Origin: an uncultured virus (IMG/VR IMGVR_UViG_3300010938_000022)
Lineage: Duplodnaviria; Heunggongvirae; Uroviricota; Caudoviricetes
Virus record (IMG/VR): IMGVR_UViG_3300010938_000022
Strand: one strand, 5' to 3'
DNA length: 64,000 nucleotides
Shown: piece after piece, positions 21,295 to 32,708 of the stretch
Numbering within the stretch: position 1 is the stretch's first letter
Layout: every line of letters begins with the position of its first letter
Position numbers and translations under genes: made by a program
Notes under the pieces: generated by a model
The model's database searches: none
The model's input: only the letters and a program-made list of their open reading frames with translations
What the model was told of the DNA's origin: nothing

Positions 21295-23664
21295 ATGTCA
21301 GATCCTATAATTAATGAAACAATTGATCCATCGTTGTTGCCAAATAGACCATTCGATGGGCAAATTTTTATTGACGCACATGGAGTATCGTGGATCTACA
21401 CCGCATCAAAAGATTGTTGGATAGATAATGGTAAGTCACCAAATTTGCCATTAGCTGATGAGAATACAGTTGGATTATTAAGCAAAGATCTCAAGAAATT
21501 ATTAAATAGTATTCCACAAAAAGGTGGGCACTTTGGAATTATAGTAAATCCTTTATTATCTGTTAGGCCGTTTAATACTACTCCTATATTTAATGATAAA
21601 GTTTTAAGAAAAGTTATTGATAAATATGGATCTACAATTTATGGTGAAAAGCCATTTATACTTGATAATAATGGTAAGTATAATTCATATATTAAAAGTA
21701 GTATGGCAGGGCTAGTACTAGAATTTACATCTGGAAAATTAAAAGGTAAACAATTTCAAATATTCGACAATGATGATGGCAGAATATATGTTAATGGTGA
21801 TTTAACTAGCGCTATTGTTGGAGACTCATTTAGCTTGTATGATTCTGTTGAAGCTAATCCAAATGGTGTTTTGTCTGGAAAATTAGAATTGGTATCTGAC
21901 TCTATTGATATTACTTGTGTTAAAGGTAAAGATTTAACTGTAACTACTGATGTTTGCAACCCTAAATTACAAGATAATACACCATCAGATGGATTAGGAT
22001 TTGCATTAAAAGAAAAGTTTTTAAAAGCATTATGTTTAGAATTGCCAGGATGTAAAGGACCAAAGGGCGATCCTGGTAAAGATGGTATTGATGGTAAGCC
22101 AGGAACTGGAGATGGTCCAATCGGTGATCAGGGCGATGCCGGTAAAGACTATACTACTAGTAAAAAATTTGCTGGTATCAAAATAGAAGATATAGACGAT
22201 ATTTATGACACTGCTGTTGTAGCATTAGAACCCGACTCTGATAATGGGAAATTATACGTTGTAAAAGCTAAAGTGAAAACACCAGATAGTAGTACCCCAG
22301 CGGATCAGGTTATTGCATCATCTGTATTTAGAACTATAGAATTTTCTGAAGAATTTTTCTTCAATATAATTAGACCAGCATTAGATCCTATTAATGTTAG
22401 TAGTAAAACTGGTATTCCTGTTGGAAATGGCTGCTTTATTAAGAGTAATTATGATAACGATATATTAATAGCTGCCATTCCTAGTGGAACCTCTAGCGAT
22501 GGATCTTCTGAAATAACTTTAAGATGGCTTAGCGATTTATTAAATAGTATTGCATCATATTACAGAGAAAAATTATATGACGCAGCAGATAAATATGATA
22601 AGCAAATTAAAGATTTTATAACATTGAAAGATCAAGAATCAAGACAAGTAATATGTAGTTTAGCTCAAGAACTTGCTGAATGCGAGTGGGAACTTCCATT
22701 AGAGTTTTGTGTTGGCTTAACTAAAGCTGACTGTGAAGCAGAGTCAGAAACTAAGACATCATTCCCATTAGCTAATTCGTTGTTTGGTACTAAATATGGT
22801 GCAAATTCTAATCCAAAGGCGCAATTAGTGTCACAGCCATTCGTACTTGGTGGAGAAGGTTCTCATTATCCAGCTAATCCAGTTGTTGTTAGAACAGATG
22901 GTAAAAATGCTTCAGGTAGAGAAGTTAATAACTATGGTGAAATAATCGATGGCAATGCAACTGATAACATACCACCTGGAGATTACTTATTAATGTGGGA
23001 TTATGGTGCATTAACTGACTATGAGTACCCACAATTTGGATACTTTGTTGGTGGCTTTTTGAGTGGATCACAAGCTGGTCAAAGTCCTCCATATGGTGTT
23101 AAAGTTAAAATCGAATATCCAGATGGAACTATTGAAATACAAGACTTCCCAGTTCCAGATATTCTTACAAAACAAAAGATCAATAAAACATCACCTCTTG
23201 GAGCTTATTGTACACCTATAGGTCCTGGTAATGGTCCACCAGAAAATCCAGATGCTGAATACTTCTGTGATATCGTACCGTTTGCTGCCACGCCAACTCC
23301 AAAGTGGATTGATGGAGCATTTGCTGGTTACTGGACACCTGGCGATAGAGGTGAATTTAATACTATCAATCAAGTGCCTCCTCCAGGCACTCAAGGACCT
23401 GGGTATACTTTGCAGAGTAGGGTACCATTCGATTCAGCTGAAGTTATAGACGCGTACAGAAATGCTACATTTAGCCAAAAATCATTGACGTGGACATTTG
23501 ATACTGCTGGTGGTAAAGTTTCTTTGTTGTGCCCTATATTAGGTGGTGGAAAGCATCCACAATTTTCAAATCGTGAAACAACATTAGACAAATGTATAGT
23601 TGATAATAAAGTAATAAGATTTAAATTGTATAGAATTACTGACAACTTCATAGCTTTCTACTAA
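21295..23664 (+). CDS. Tail fibre/structural protein with a short collagen-like segment
   Basis: GPKGDPGKDGIDGKPG; A....GLLS repeat; architecture parallels the next gene. Confidence 0.65.
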   Translation: MSDPIINETIDPSLLPNRPFDGQIFIDAHGVSWIYTASKDCWIDNGKSPNLPLADENTVGLLSKDLKKLLNSIPQKGGHFGIIVNPLLSVRPFNTTPIFNDKVLRKVIDKYGSTIYGEKPFILDNNGKYNSYIKSSMAGLVLEFTSGKLKGKQFQIFDNDDGRIYVNGDLTSAIVGDSFSLYDSVEANPNGVLSGKLELVSDSIDITCVKGKDLTVTTDVCNPKLQDNTPSDGLGFALKEKFLKALCLELPGCKGPKGDPGKDGIDGKPGTGDGPIGDQGDAGKDYTTSKKFAGIKIEDIDDIYDTAVVALEPDSDNGKLYVVKAKVKTPDSSTPADQVIASSVFRTIEFSEEFFFNIIRPALDPINVSSKTGIPVGNGCFIKSNYDNDILIAAIPSGTSSDGSSEITLRWLSDLLNSIASYYREKLYDAADKYDKQIKDFITLKDQESRQVICSLAQELAECEWELPLEFCVGLTKADCEAESETKTSFPLANSLFGTKYGANSNPKAQLVSQPFVLGGEGSHYPANPVVVRTDGKNASGREVNNYGEIIDGNATDNIPPGDYLLMWDYGALTDYEYPQFGYFVGGFLSGSQAGQSPPYGVKVKIEYPDGTIEIQDFPVPDILTKQKINKTSPLGAYCTPIGPGNGPPENPDAEYFCDIVPFAATPTPKWIDGAFAGYWTPGDRGEFNTINQVPPPGTQGPGYTLQSRVPFDSAEVIDAYRNATFSQKSLTWTFDTAGGKVSLLCPILGGGKHPQFSNRETTLDKCIVDNKVIRFKLYRITDNFIAFY

Positions 23665-23669
23665 AATAT

Positions 23670-26600
23670 ATGTCAAGCTTATTTCCAAAAAATCCAGCAG
23701 ATAAAACAATTGTAGAAATTACAAGTGGTAATTTCTACATGTATAATGCATCTGATAATAGTTGGAATAGATTGCCTGGAGTTAGTCAATTAGGTATTGC
23801 TACAGAATTAAAAGACGGATTGATGTCTAGTAGTGATTTTAAAAAACTTAATGAACTAATTGTTCCTCCACCACAATCTTCAGTTAAAGGTGAACTTTGT
23901 GATGTAGTTTATAATAAAAATCAAGTAGGATTATATTCATTAGATGATTTTTTAAAAATTGAAGATACATTATCAACATTTATAAATAGTCAAAAAACTG
24001 AAAATGGATGGAATTTACATCTTAATACGTACGGTATCAATTGGACACTAGATATAAATAAATTATTTAATGAAATTGAAAAACGTGGTAATTTAAGAAA
24101 AAGAGCTATTCAAGGAGATCGTGGTAACACTGGTAAAAAAGGAGCAAATGGGCAAGATAAATTAGATACAGGGCCAGTAGGATTAGATGGTGAATCTGGA
24201 TTAAATGCCCCATGGGTTGGAACAGTAATACCAGAAGCTATAAAATTTGAAGCTATAAAACCAAATAGTAACAGAGCTGTTGTTGATATTAGAGTTGAAG
24301 AGAATAAAGATACTAATGAAAATTATTTGGTAGTAACTCGTGCTAATATCGGAAATGTTAGTGCTTCACCAAATAAGATTAAACCAATAGTGAGCGGTGA
24401 TAGCTCACCATGGTTGTTAGGTATAGATATAGTACAATCATCCTCTCAAAAAGTTATTGAGAGTGCCACTTGTAGTGACAGAATAGTATGTAGGTCTACA
24501 ACTTCTTCATTATATTATATTGATATGGAGAATATTTTAGATTTATATGAAGCTAGATTTTATGAACTATTAAATCAAATTAAGCAGGCAAAAGAAAGAC
24601 TAGCTACTGATTGGTTACAAGTAATGGTAACAATGTTTACGCAACAAAAGGCTGCTATATGTTGTGCCCTAGAAAATTGTAGATCAAGGAAGAGGAATTC
24701 TACTGATAGAAGATATATTGAGCAGATGAGAGTACAAGCTGCACAGTCTGGGCATAACATAACACTAGATAACAAAGAAAAAGTATTGATTGATATGAAT
24801 ACTGACAGAAATTGTCAGGAGCCTTCAACACCAGGCGCAGGATCTGTTTATCTTGGTGACGCAGATGATTGTAATGACTGTGCAGCATTAGTAACGGTAG
24901 ATGGTATTTCAAATAGTGGTAAGATAGACAATGCTATAGCTTTAGACTTACCAGAAGGTGAATATATAGTAACTGTAGAAGACTGCTGTATAAATAACAG
25001 TGTATTGAAAGCTAAGTGGAATGGCAGAGTTAACATACAATTCAATCATAAAACACTTACAGCTGGTGCAAATGGTGCAATAAGAGAAAAAGAAATAAGT
25101 TTACCTGATTGCGGTGACTTTGAGGATCATGAAGAGGCTAAAACAGCTTATATTGGTTTAACAACTCAAATAAGCCATGCTGGCGGTAGGATATACATAT
25201 GGTCAACCGATAAATATCCTCAAGATAATGAAGGTAAAATTATATTGTGCTTCAGAAAGCAAGAATGCTACAACTTTTCGCTAGGCACAACATCACCAGA
25301 AACCGATGAGACAATATTTGTTTATAAAGATTCTATTTCTGATGGTAATTTCTTAGGCGCAATTGTACCTTATCTTGGACCAATTGATGCAGCTACAAAT
25401 TATGGTTATGGTGCAGCAACTGATCCAGCAGGTCCTGGTATACAATATGGCTGTGATCCACAATCAAATCAGACTGGATTATTTTTCTATGATGGCTCTG
25501 ATGGGTTATCATTCTTTACTATAAATGGTGATCAAACTATTAGCAACAACATTGTGAGTTATAATTACGAAGTTATAAATAACTCTCAAGATATGCAAGT
25601 TTTAGTTTCTGACGATACTGGAGAATTAGTACAATCAGGAACTATTAATGCATTTGATGGAAATTGGACTCAGAATGGGGACGGTGATGGTGGAGTAATT
25701 GGATACTTTGATAGGCAAGATGCAGCCCCATGGATATTCTACTTCGATTTAAATAACTCTGGATCTATTGACACAATAAGAATTTGTAGCAGAGACGGAA
25801 ATGACTTATACGTACCAGCACCATCTAATGTTATCTCCAATGCTGTATCGGTAACTGGTAACAACTATTATACAAATCCTGTTAATGCTACAACATTTAA
25901 TGCCGGAGATGGTCTAAAATTGTCTATAAATGGAGCTGTTGGATTCGGAAGAGTTCTAAGGGGACCTAGTGGCGACACTGTTTACTCTAATCGTTCAACC
26001 TTTGGTCCTGATGGTAAGCGTATAAATTTATCACCATTAGATTCATCTACGACGACACAATTTTATTTAAATCAATTCTTTTTATCTCTTTCTACACCTG
26101 GCAATCCACTTTCAGAGCTACATCATGATGGGCCATTAGGTTTAGTATTAAGATTTGAATATGATGACAATACAGTAGAAGAAATAATGCCATTAACCAA
26201 TGAATCATTTAGAGGGGCAAGTAGTTGGGGTTATTCTGACTACGTTGCATTTGTTGATAGAAGTCAGAAGTTAGTCAATAAGCATAATTCATTATTTCCA
26301 AATTCTCCAATTTGTAATGCCGATGCTTACAATAATAAAAATGGTACTGGTGGTTGGGCAACAAGTACACCATCATATTTTTATGGTGCTCCAATTTATA
26401 ATGAATATTGCCAACGATTTGTTGTAACTTACTTAAGAGTGAAAAAGTCTGGAAGATTAGTATTATACGTTAACGATAAAAATGGTGATACCGATAAAAA
26501 TGTTGGACAATATGATGTTATCATAGATACATGTCCAGCACAAAATTTTGATTCAGTATTAAATCCTATACCAGATTTTACTGTCAGAAGCCAACCTCTA

Positions 26601-27065
26601 AATGTCTCACCTACTACGGCATTTTGTGAATCTGGTGAAAGCGATACAGCAAGTAGATTAGTATTTACAAAAATTAGAGATGGTTGTACAATGTCATGGC
26701 AAAAGATAGAATGGTATGAACGTGGATGGCGTATTGGAGCTTGCTGTGGGGCATGGGTTGAATTAGATGGACAAAAATGGTTAGTAGTAAAACGCTCTAT
26801 CGGTGTTGATATATCGTGTGGTGGTGGTGAGAACGCTAATGAAGAGTGTATAGCGTTGTTTAAGAATACAATTGGTCATCCAGCAATAGCATGGCAATCA
26901 ATAGATGGTGATGAATTCTTTGGAAGACCAACAAGTGGTAGTACAACATTCATGTATGATAAAGACTTATCACAAAAAATAATAGATAAGTTAAGAGATA
27001 ATGATATATTAAATAGTAAGGGTGATATAAATTCAATTCCTATAGTACTTTTCCCAAGAGTTTAA
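23670..27065 (+). CDS. Large Cys-rich tail fibre/structural protein with a collagen-like segment
   Basis: AT...DGLMS..D.KKL; GDRGNTGKKGANG. Confidence 0.65.
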   Translation: MSSLFPKNPADKTIVEITSGNFYMYNASDNSWNRLPGVSQLGIATELKDGLMSSSDFKKLNELIVPPPQSSVKGELCDVVYNKNQVGLYSLDDFLKIEDTLSTFINSQKTENGWNLHLNTYGINWTLDINKLFNEIEKRGNLRKRAIQGDRGNTGKKGANGQDKLDTGPVGLDGESGLNAPWVGTVIPEAIKFEAIKPNSNRAVVDIRVEENKDTNENYLVVTRANIGNVSASPNKIKPIVSGDSSPWLLGIDIVQSSSQKVIESATCSDRIVCRSTTSSLYYIDMENILDLYEARFYELLNQIKQAKERLATDWLQVMVTMFTQQKAAICCALENCRSRKRNSTDRRYIEQMRVQAAQSGHNITLDNKEKVLIDMNTDRNCQEPSTPGAGSVYLGDADDCNDCAALVTVDGISNSGKIDNAIALDLPEGEYIVTVEDCCINNSVLKAKWNGRVNIQFNHKTLTAGANGAIREKEISLPDCGDFEDHEEAKTAYIGLTTQISHAGGRIYIWSTDKYPQDNEGKIILCFRKQECYNFSLGTTSPETDETIFVYKDSISDGNFLGAIVPYLGPIDAATNYGYGAATDPAGPGIQYGCDPQSNQTGLFFYDGSDGLSFFTINGDQTISNNIVSYNYEVINNSQDMQVLVSDDTGELVQSGTINAFDGNWTQNGDGDGGVIGYFDRQDAAPWIFYFDLNNSGSIDTIRICSRDGNDLYVPAPSNVISNAVSVTGNNYYTNPVNATTFNAGDGLKLSINGAVGFGRVLRGPSGDTVYSNRSTFGPDGKRINLSPLDSSTTTQFYLNQFFLSLSTPGNPLSELHHDGPLGLVLRFEYDDNTVEEIMPLTNESFRGASSWGYSDYVAFVDRSQKLVNKHNSLFPNSPICNADAYNNKNGTGGWATSTPSYFYGAPIYNEYCQRFVVTYLRVKKSGRLVLYVNDKNGDTDKNVGQYDVIIDTCPAQNFDSVLNPIPDFTVRSQPLNVSPTTAFCESGESDTASRLVFTKIRDGCTMSWQKIEWYERGWRIGACCGAWVELDGQKWLVVKRSIGVDISCGGGENANEECIALFKNTIGHPAIAWQSIDGDEFFGRPTSGSTTFMYDKDLSQKIIDKLRDNDILNSKGDINSIPIVLFPRV

Positions 27066-27082
27066 TATAACAAAAATATAAT

Positions 27083-27775
27083 ATGGCTGGATCATATAAT
27101 TTAGATTGTAGACCTATTAAAGCATATAGACTTGATTGCGGATGCTTAAGATATGAATGCAGTGCTGGGTCTTCTGGAACTGAAGTTAGTTCTGGATCTC
27201 AAGTAACAACTTCACAAGAAATTAATTCATGCTTAATAGATAGATTCAGAGATAATGATGGTAAATTTGATTTTAGGCAAGACAAGCTTGAAACAGAAGC
27301 TGACATTGTATTAAAAGAAGAGGTTGGTGCTTGTACTATATTATTAGATGGCACTATTCCTAACTTGTTCTGCTTACAAGGAAATGCAGATTGTTCTTTC
27401 CCAGCAACAGGACACTTTAGATATAAAGATAGTTATGGTATAATGTATGTTAATGATTGGGAAGCATATGGGAATAGGATTGATATAACATTTACAACAT
27501 ATGATCCTAGAGTTCCTGGAGAAGCACCATCTGGCTTCATGATTGGTCTACAAGTTTATAGAAAAGGTGTTATAACAACTATAAGGCAGGTAATTGAAAT
27601 TAATGATGGTGTTGCTACTATAGTACAAGAGAATTCTACACAAAAGGTTGATTATTTTAGAACAACTTTTGATTGTGGTGATGAGCAATTTACTGACCCA
27701 TTCACTTACCATTTGAATTGTGGTATAATTGATGAATTAGAAATAGATTCAATAGGTTCGAGCGGCTCGATTTAA
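27083..27775 (+). CDS. Cys-rich hypothetical protein, probably structural
   Basis: 230-aa ORF in the structural cluster. Confidence 0.55.
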   Translation: MAGSYNLDCRPIKAYRLDCGCLRYECSAGSSGTEVSSGSQVTTSQEINSCLIDRFRDNDGKFDFRQDKLETEADIVLKEEVGACTILLDGTIPNLFCLQGNADCSFPATGHFRYKDSYGIMYVNDWEAYGNRIDITFTTYDPRVPGEAPSGFMIGLQVYRKGVITTIRQVIEINDGVATIVQENSTQKVDYFRTTFDCGDEQFTDPFTYHLNCGIIDELEIDSIGSSGSI

Positions 27776-27786
27776 TAAGAGCATAT

Positions 27787-27966
27787 ATGAAATTAACAGA
27801 ATTATTAGAAGATGGTCACTGGGGGGTTTGGAAAGGGCATCCAGGTATGCTGGGGGGCAGTAATAAAGCTGGAGATAATAGCCATCCAGGTGTTCCAGAC
27901 AAATGGAAATCATCATTTAAAAAGAAGGTTAGAAAGATAAAGAAAATTAATCAAAGTGGAAAATGA
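27787..27966 (+). CDS. 59-aa basic protein with MKLTELLED leader (not in the track)
   Basis: Translated by hand; overlaps the next start (ATGA). Confidence 0.65.
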   Translation: MKLTELLEDGHWGVWKGHPGMLGGSNKAGDNSHPGVPDKWKSSFKKKVRKIKKINQSGK

Positions 27967-28145
27967 TAAAAATAGATAGATCTGTTAGAGAATATTGGCA
28001 ATTGCCGTTGAAGGCTAGACATATGTTTTATAGACGATATAAGAGTATGATTAGAAAATTTGACAGTAATAGGGCATCGTCTAGCGCTTTAAATTTTGTG
28101 AAAACAAGATGGAAAAAAGTTAAGGGTAAGTGGATCGAGAAATGA
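27963..28145 (+). CDS. ChaB-like small protein
   Basis: LP.KA..MFY..Y.S......A...A...VK..WKK..GKW pattern. Confidence 0.6.
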   Translation: MIKIDRSVREYWQLPLKARHMFYRRYKSMIRKFDSNRASSSALNFVKTRWKKVKGKWIEK

Positions 28146-31100
28146 CAATTCCTACAGAATTAGGTCTGAATAATACGCCTGATAGATTTCAGCCATCTTT
28201 CCATATGTTTCCTATTCAGAACAACAGATCTGGATATAAACCATGGGCTATGCCTATAGTGTTGGTTGTACCATTTAGTACAGAAGGTGGTAGTACTTTA
28301 CCATTCGATATAAAATATTCTATAGAAGATGCTCCGTCTCAAGCTTTAGTAGCTGGTGTAGAGCATAAAGGCATTTTAGTACCACAGTATGAAAGATATA
28401 ATTTAACTTTAAGTACAGTTGAACTTTTGAATTTGCAAATAGACACTACTGGTGTATTGTATTATAGATTATCAAATGGTGTCTTCACTGAGATAGACAG
28501 GCAAGATGCTATAAGTGGTGATTATATTGAAATTACATTGGAGAATAATACCAAAAGTAAATTAATATATTATTCAGATGCTACATATTATGATTTATCT
28601 GGCATCAGTATAACAACTCTTGATTTACCAAGTAATAGATATAGATTCACTTGGTCCGCAAGATATTATAAAAGAAGTTCATTAAATGACCAATTTGTTT
28701 GTATGACAGAAGAAGTAGCAGCAACTGCTACTAGTATGATTGTTGCCTGCCCTGGTGAAGTTCACTTATCTATGGCTAGTAATACACCAGCTGTATATTT
28801 TGAAAATGGTGTACAACCAGATAATAAAGTAGCATACGATGATCAAAGTGTTATAAAGATGTATAGGCCGTTAGCCGATGCTCTTCAGGACATTTTTGAT
28901 GAACAACAATTTATTAGAGCAGTCAACTGGATTGATGTTGTACCAGCTCAATTATTACCATATTTATCATACTTAATAGGATTAGATTTACCAAATTTCC
29001 CAGGTGTTTCAGACACAGTAAGGAAGGCTATAGTTAAAAATGGTGTAAAATTACAAAGGCTTAAAGGTACAAAAAGGGCTATTAGAGAGTTATTTGAAAT
29101 ATTTGGATTCACAGTAAATCTAATTAACACTTGGTATCTCTCTGATGGCAGTGGATTTGTGGCACCAGGGGAGCAGTTACCACCACAGCATGCAGCTGAT
29201 GAAATAGGCTTACAAACAATATGTCAATATGATATTCTATTAAATGATTATAATATAGAAGGATTTGGCCAAATTGAAGTACCTTTACTTTATAGGCCGA
29301 ATTCTGAAAATGTTACGTTACATGCGTATTTAGTTAGAGATGGCTCTGCTTCGCATACTGCTTTATTGTCAATAGTCGATAGCATGTCTTCAGATTTAAA
29401 TGCACTTAATACTGAGTCATGTAGCACTGATGTAGATGGCTTTTATACTCCAGTTTCTATAACAGCTCGGATGCCAAATGAAGTCATAAATGGATTTGGC
29501 CAAGTATTGGTTAATAGACGCTTAGGAGCTATATCAGACACATTAATTAATTCTAATACAATATCAAAAAATTCTATCAAATTTGATTTTGATACAAGTG
29601 TAGTAAATTTAAATTTTGATGGTTATCAAGACTTTGTTGCAGCCGATGGCTCTGCTCTAAAAATGTTCGTTTTTGCTCAATACAGTAGGGAGCAAATTAC
29701 ATTACCAAGCCATTTATCTAATTTGAGAAGTAATAGATTTGATATAGATATAACTTTCAAAGATGGTGAAATTATATCTTCTAATTTGTTTGACTTTTTA
29801 ATTAATTATGTAATTAAATTTAAAGCTTTCCACTCGTTAATTAGGAAAATTAGATTTAATGCTGATTTCTCTGAAATCTACAACGTATTAGACTTTTGTG
29901 TTGGAGGAGAGTATCAACAAGAACCATCTACTGATGCTGGTGAATTGCAAGTACCACCAGCAGTAATACCAACTAGTATTAATACGTGTGGTGATTTAGT
30001 TGATAGGGGATTTAAAGATGAAGACCTTGAATTCAGGAAGAAAGTATTAGATGGTTTGGAAGCAGAATTTGAGCGCTGGAAAGCTATTGATAAAAATATT
30101 CCAGATGAACAAAGACCTTTATTACAAAGTTTGTCAAATATTGTCTTAAATAGTAATTCAGAATCATGTGGAGAAGTTAAACACGGTCAGGATAGAGTAT
30201 TATTCAATCAATTTGATAAAGATCACGACGAAGATGCTAGAGAAACTTTATGTGATTTAAATAACAATACTAAAAATTATTGTTATAAAGGTCGTGTTGA
30301 AGATGTTTTGATCAACGATAAAATAATAAGTTTAATAGATTATGTTTCATCTAAACCATGCCATCTAGCATTTGGATCTGGTAGATATTATGAGTTAAAA
30401 GGTATTGGTAATATTAGTAGAATAGATTTAACAATAGCTGGTAAATTACAAAAAGCATTAAAAGATTGGAAAACAAATTCGCTATTCCAATTATATTTTA
30501 GTAATCGTGAAGTAATAGGTGATATTTTAGAAGCATATTTAACACCAGCAATTACCAATAGATATTCATTAGAAATAACGCTACCTTACTTGCATTTCCC
30601 TGGACATAGATTTCCATCGATAGGTAATTTAAAAACCGATGTTACTCATAGTGTTTATAATGCTCGTCCGTGGGATGATGCTTATTCTGAAACAGTCGCA
30701 AGTTGTAAAGGTGATTCAATATTAAAACAGAATTTATTAAATGCTAGATTAGTTGATGATGGCTACGGCAATGAGGACTTAGTATATGATACAGCTCCTT
30801 TGATATATTATGGAAATGGTATAGATGCTGATATATCAAGTTTAGGTGCGCATGAATCAAGACCATATCAGGTTACACATTCTTTATATTCAACTGCTGG
30901 TGAAGGTATATTATCAGATGATGGCTACCCAGTATGCACATTAGATTGCACTACATTGACTAATTTTACTGCTATAAGGGCCGAGAAATTATATGATTCA
31001 TGGAATGAAAATTGTGGAATAGATTATATTGATGGTTATCCTGCTGAAATAAACTACTTCTCATATAATCCAGATGATCATAATTACCATTCTGATGGTA

Positions 31101-31234
31101 AAGATATAGATGTTGAAACAATACTTGGGTTACCTACTAGGGAACCTGGAAGTACTGGTGAAATTTCGTTGCTTTTCAAATTATGTTCAGGTATAATTTG
31201 TAATAGAGATGATTCTACAGCAGAGCCATTATGA
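28142..31234 (+). CDS. Baseplate wedge/tail protein with a P2 gpI-like domain
   Basis: LPYLSYLIG...R..I...V.L...KGT.RAI..L..IFG. Confidence 0.7.
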   Translation: MTIPTELGLNNTPDRFQPSFHMFPIQNNRSGYKPWAMPIVLVVPFSTEGGSTLPFDIKYSIEDAPSQALVAGVEHKGILVPQYERYNLTLSTVELLNLQIDTTGVLYYRLSNGVFTEIDRQDAISGDYIEITLENNTKSKLIYYSDATYYDLSGISITTLDLPSNRYRFTWSARYYKRSSLNDQFVCMTEEVAATATSMIVACPGEVHLSMASNTPAVYFENGVQPDNKVAYDDQSVIKMYRPLADALQDIFDEQQFIRAVNWIDVVPAQLLPYLSYLIGLDLPNFPGVSDTVRKAIVKNGVKLQRLKGTKRAIRELFEIFGFTVNLINTWYLSDGSGFVAPGEQLPPQHAADEIGLQTICQYDILLNDYNIEGFGQIEVPLLYRPNSENVTLHAYLVRDGSASHTALLSIVDSMSSDLNALNTESCSTDVDGFYTPVSITARMPNEVINGFGQVLVNRRLGAISDTLINSNTISKNSIKFDFDTSVVNLNFDGYQDFVAADGSALKMFVFAQYSREQITLPSHLSNLRSNRFDIDITFKDGEIISSNLFDFLINYVIKFKAFHSLIRKIRFNADFSEIYNVLDFCVGGEYQQEPSTDAGELQVPPAVIPTSINTCGDLVDRGFKDEDLEFRKKVLDGLEAEFERWKAIDKNIPDEQRPLLQSLSNIVLNSNSESCGEVKHGQDRVLFNQFDKDHDEDARETLCDLNNNTKNYCYKGRVEDVLINDKIISLIDYVSSKPCHLAFGSGRYYELKGIGNISRIDLTIAGKLQKALKDWKTNSLFQLYFSNREVIGDILEAYLTPAITNRYSLEITLPYLHFPGHRFPSIGNLKTDVTHSVYNARPWDDAYSETVASCKGDSILKQNLLNARLVDDGYGNEDLVYDTAPLIYYGNGIDADISSLGAHESRPYQVTHSLYSTAGEGILSDDGYPVCTLDCTTLTNFTAIRAEKLYDSWNENCGIDYIDGYPAEINYFSYNPDDHNYHSDGKDIDVETILGLPTREPGSTGEISLLFKLCSGIICNRDDSTAEPL

Positions 31235-31932
31235 TAAATGCTATTATATTAGCTGGTGGTAAAGCTACTAGAATGGGTGACTTGTGTAAAACTACACCGA
31301 AGTTATTAATGAAGTTATATAATGGTGAAACAATATTAGAAACACAAATTAAGATGTTAAAGAAAGCCGGTATAACAAAATGTGTGTTGGCAGTTGGCCA
31401 CTTAAAAGATGTTATAAAAAGTAGTATTGGTAATAATTGCCTTGGTGTTAACATAGAATATAGTGAAGAGCAAGAGCCTCTTGGAACTGGCGGCGCTTTT
31501 AAGAAAGCGTTTGAACATATTGATCAAAATGATTATTGTATCGGTTTAAATGGCGATATTTATATACCAAATTTTAATCCTAATAGCTTATTTGGAATTT
31601 ACACGCCATTTACTAATATGGTAATAACTACTATAAAGTATACGCCACCATATGGATTTGTAAATTGTGCAAATATTGAAGATAATTTTGGAGATGTAAT
31701 TTCATTCAGTGAGAAGCGTCCTGTTATGGTAAATGCTGGAATCTATCTATTTAAACCAAAAAGTATGTATTATCCATCGGCATATAGCTTATTTCCAAAT
31801 ATTGGATCGATTGAAAAAGATGTATTCGAAAAGAATACAAAGTGCTCGTACTACTTGTATGATGGTACTTGGTATGATGTTGGTACACCAGAAAATTTAA
31901 ATTCTGTTAATAAGTTTCTAGGAGCTTTATGA
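31231..31932 (+). CDS. Sugar-phosphate nucleotidyltransferase (NTP_transferase family)
   Basis: AIILAGGKATRM..PK, E.EPLGTGGA, NGD, EK, NAGIY, WYDVGT. Confidence 0.9.
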   Translation: MINAIILAGGKATRMGDLCKTTPKLLMKLYNGETILETQIKMLKKAGITKCVLAVGHLKDVIKSSIGNNCLGVNIEYSEEQEPLGTGGAFKKAFEHIDQNDYCIGLNGDIYIPNFNPNSLFGIYTPFTNMVITTIKYTPPYGFVNCANIEDNFGDVISFSEKRPVMVNAGIYLFKPKSMYYPSAYSLFPNIGSIEKDVFEKNTKCSYYLYDGTWYDVGTPENLNSVNKFLGAL

Positions 31933-32708
31933 AATATTTGATATTAATAGTATGTTTAATATTTTCATCGTCTATATATGCTCAAGAGCAAAAAGAACCA
32001 CAAGAAGAATCAACAGAAGAATTGCTAAAAAAGCTTCATAAAAGTATGAAAGAAGCTTCAAAAAGCATGGAAGATTCTGAAAAAGAATTAGCCCGTGCTT
32101 CTCTACCACCAGCTAGGCCAGATGTAATCTTTGAACGTGTAAATGATATAGTCAAAAAGTTGAAGGACGGTAAAGTAGATGAATTTCCAGAAAGTGTTAA
32201 ACAATATCTAAAAAATCATCCAGAATTAAAGGATAAAGATTTAAAGGAAATAGCTAAATCAAAAGATTTTCTTGATGAATTATTTAAAATAGAATCTGAA
32301 TTAGAGAACAAATTAGAAGAGTCTAGTAAAGCTGCTGATAGTGCAGAAAATGTTGATAAGGCTGTTGATATTATGAATAAACTTCGTCAAAATGCACAAA
32401 GTCAAGATAATAAAATTAAAAATAATAATCAGTCAATCGCTAAAGAAAAAGAAAAATCTGAATCAAAGTCAGAATCTGATCAGAAGTCAGGAAGTCAACC
32501 AGCAGATGGCCAAGGCAAAGATGGTCTTGGAAATGATGATCTTCAAGTTGGTAGATCAGAAGTTAAAGATTCATTCAAAGCTGATGGCAAGAAAAAAGAG
32601 GTAAGTGATGGCTCTAGTAGTGATGAAAAACCAGAGCCATCAAAGTATAAGGGATTTTGGAAATTATGGTGCGAAAAAGTTAGACGTTCAAACCATCATC
32701 AACGTTAA
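31929..32708 (+). CDS. Secreted coiled-coil protein
   Basis: Signal-peptide-like N-terminus ending IYA-Q. Confidence 0.6.
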   Translation: MKYLILIVCLIFSSSIYAQEQKEPQEESTEELLKKLHKSMKEASKSMEDSEKELARASLPPARPDVIFERVNDIVKKLKDGKVDEFPESVKQYLKNHPELKDKDLKEIAKSKDFLDELFKIESELENKLEESSKAADSAENVDKAVDIMNKLRQNAQSQDNKIKNNNQSIAKEKEKSESKSESDQKSGSQPADGQGKDGLGNDDLQVGRSEVKDSFKADGKKKEVSDGSSSDEKPEPSKYKGFWKLWCEKVRRSNHHQR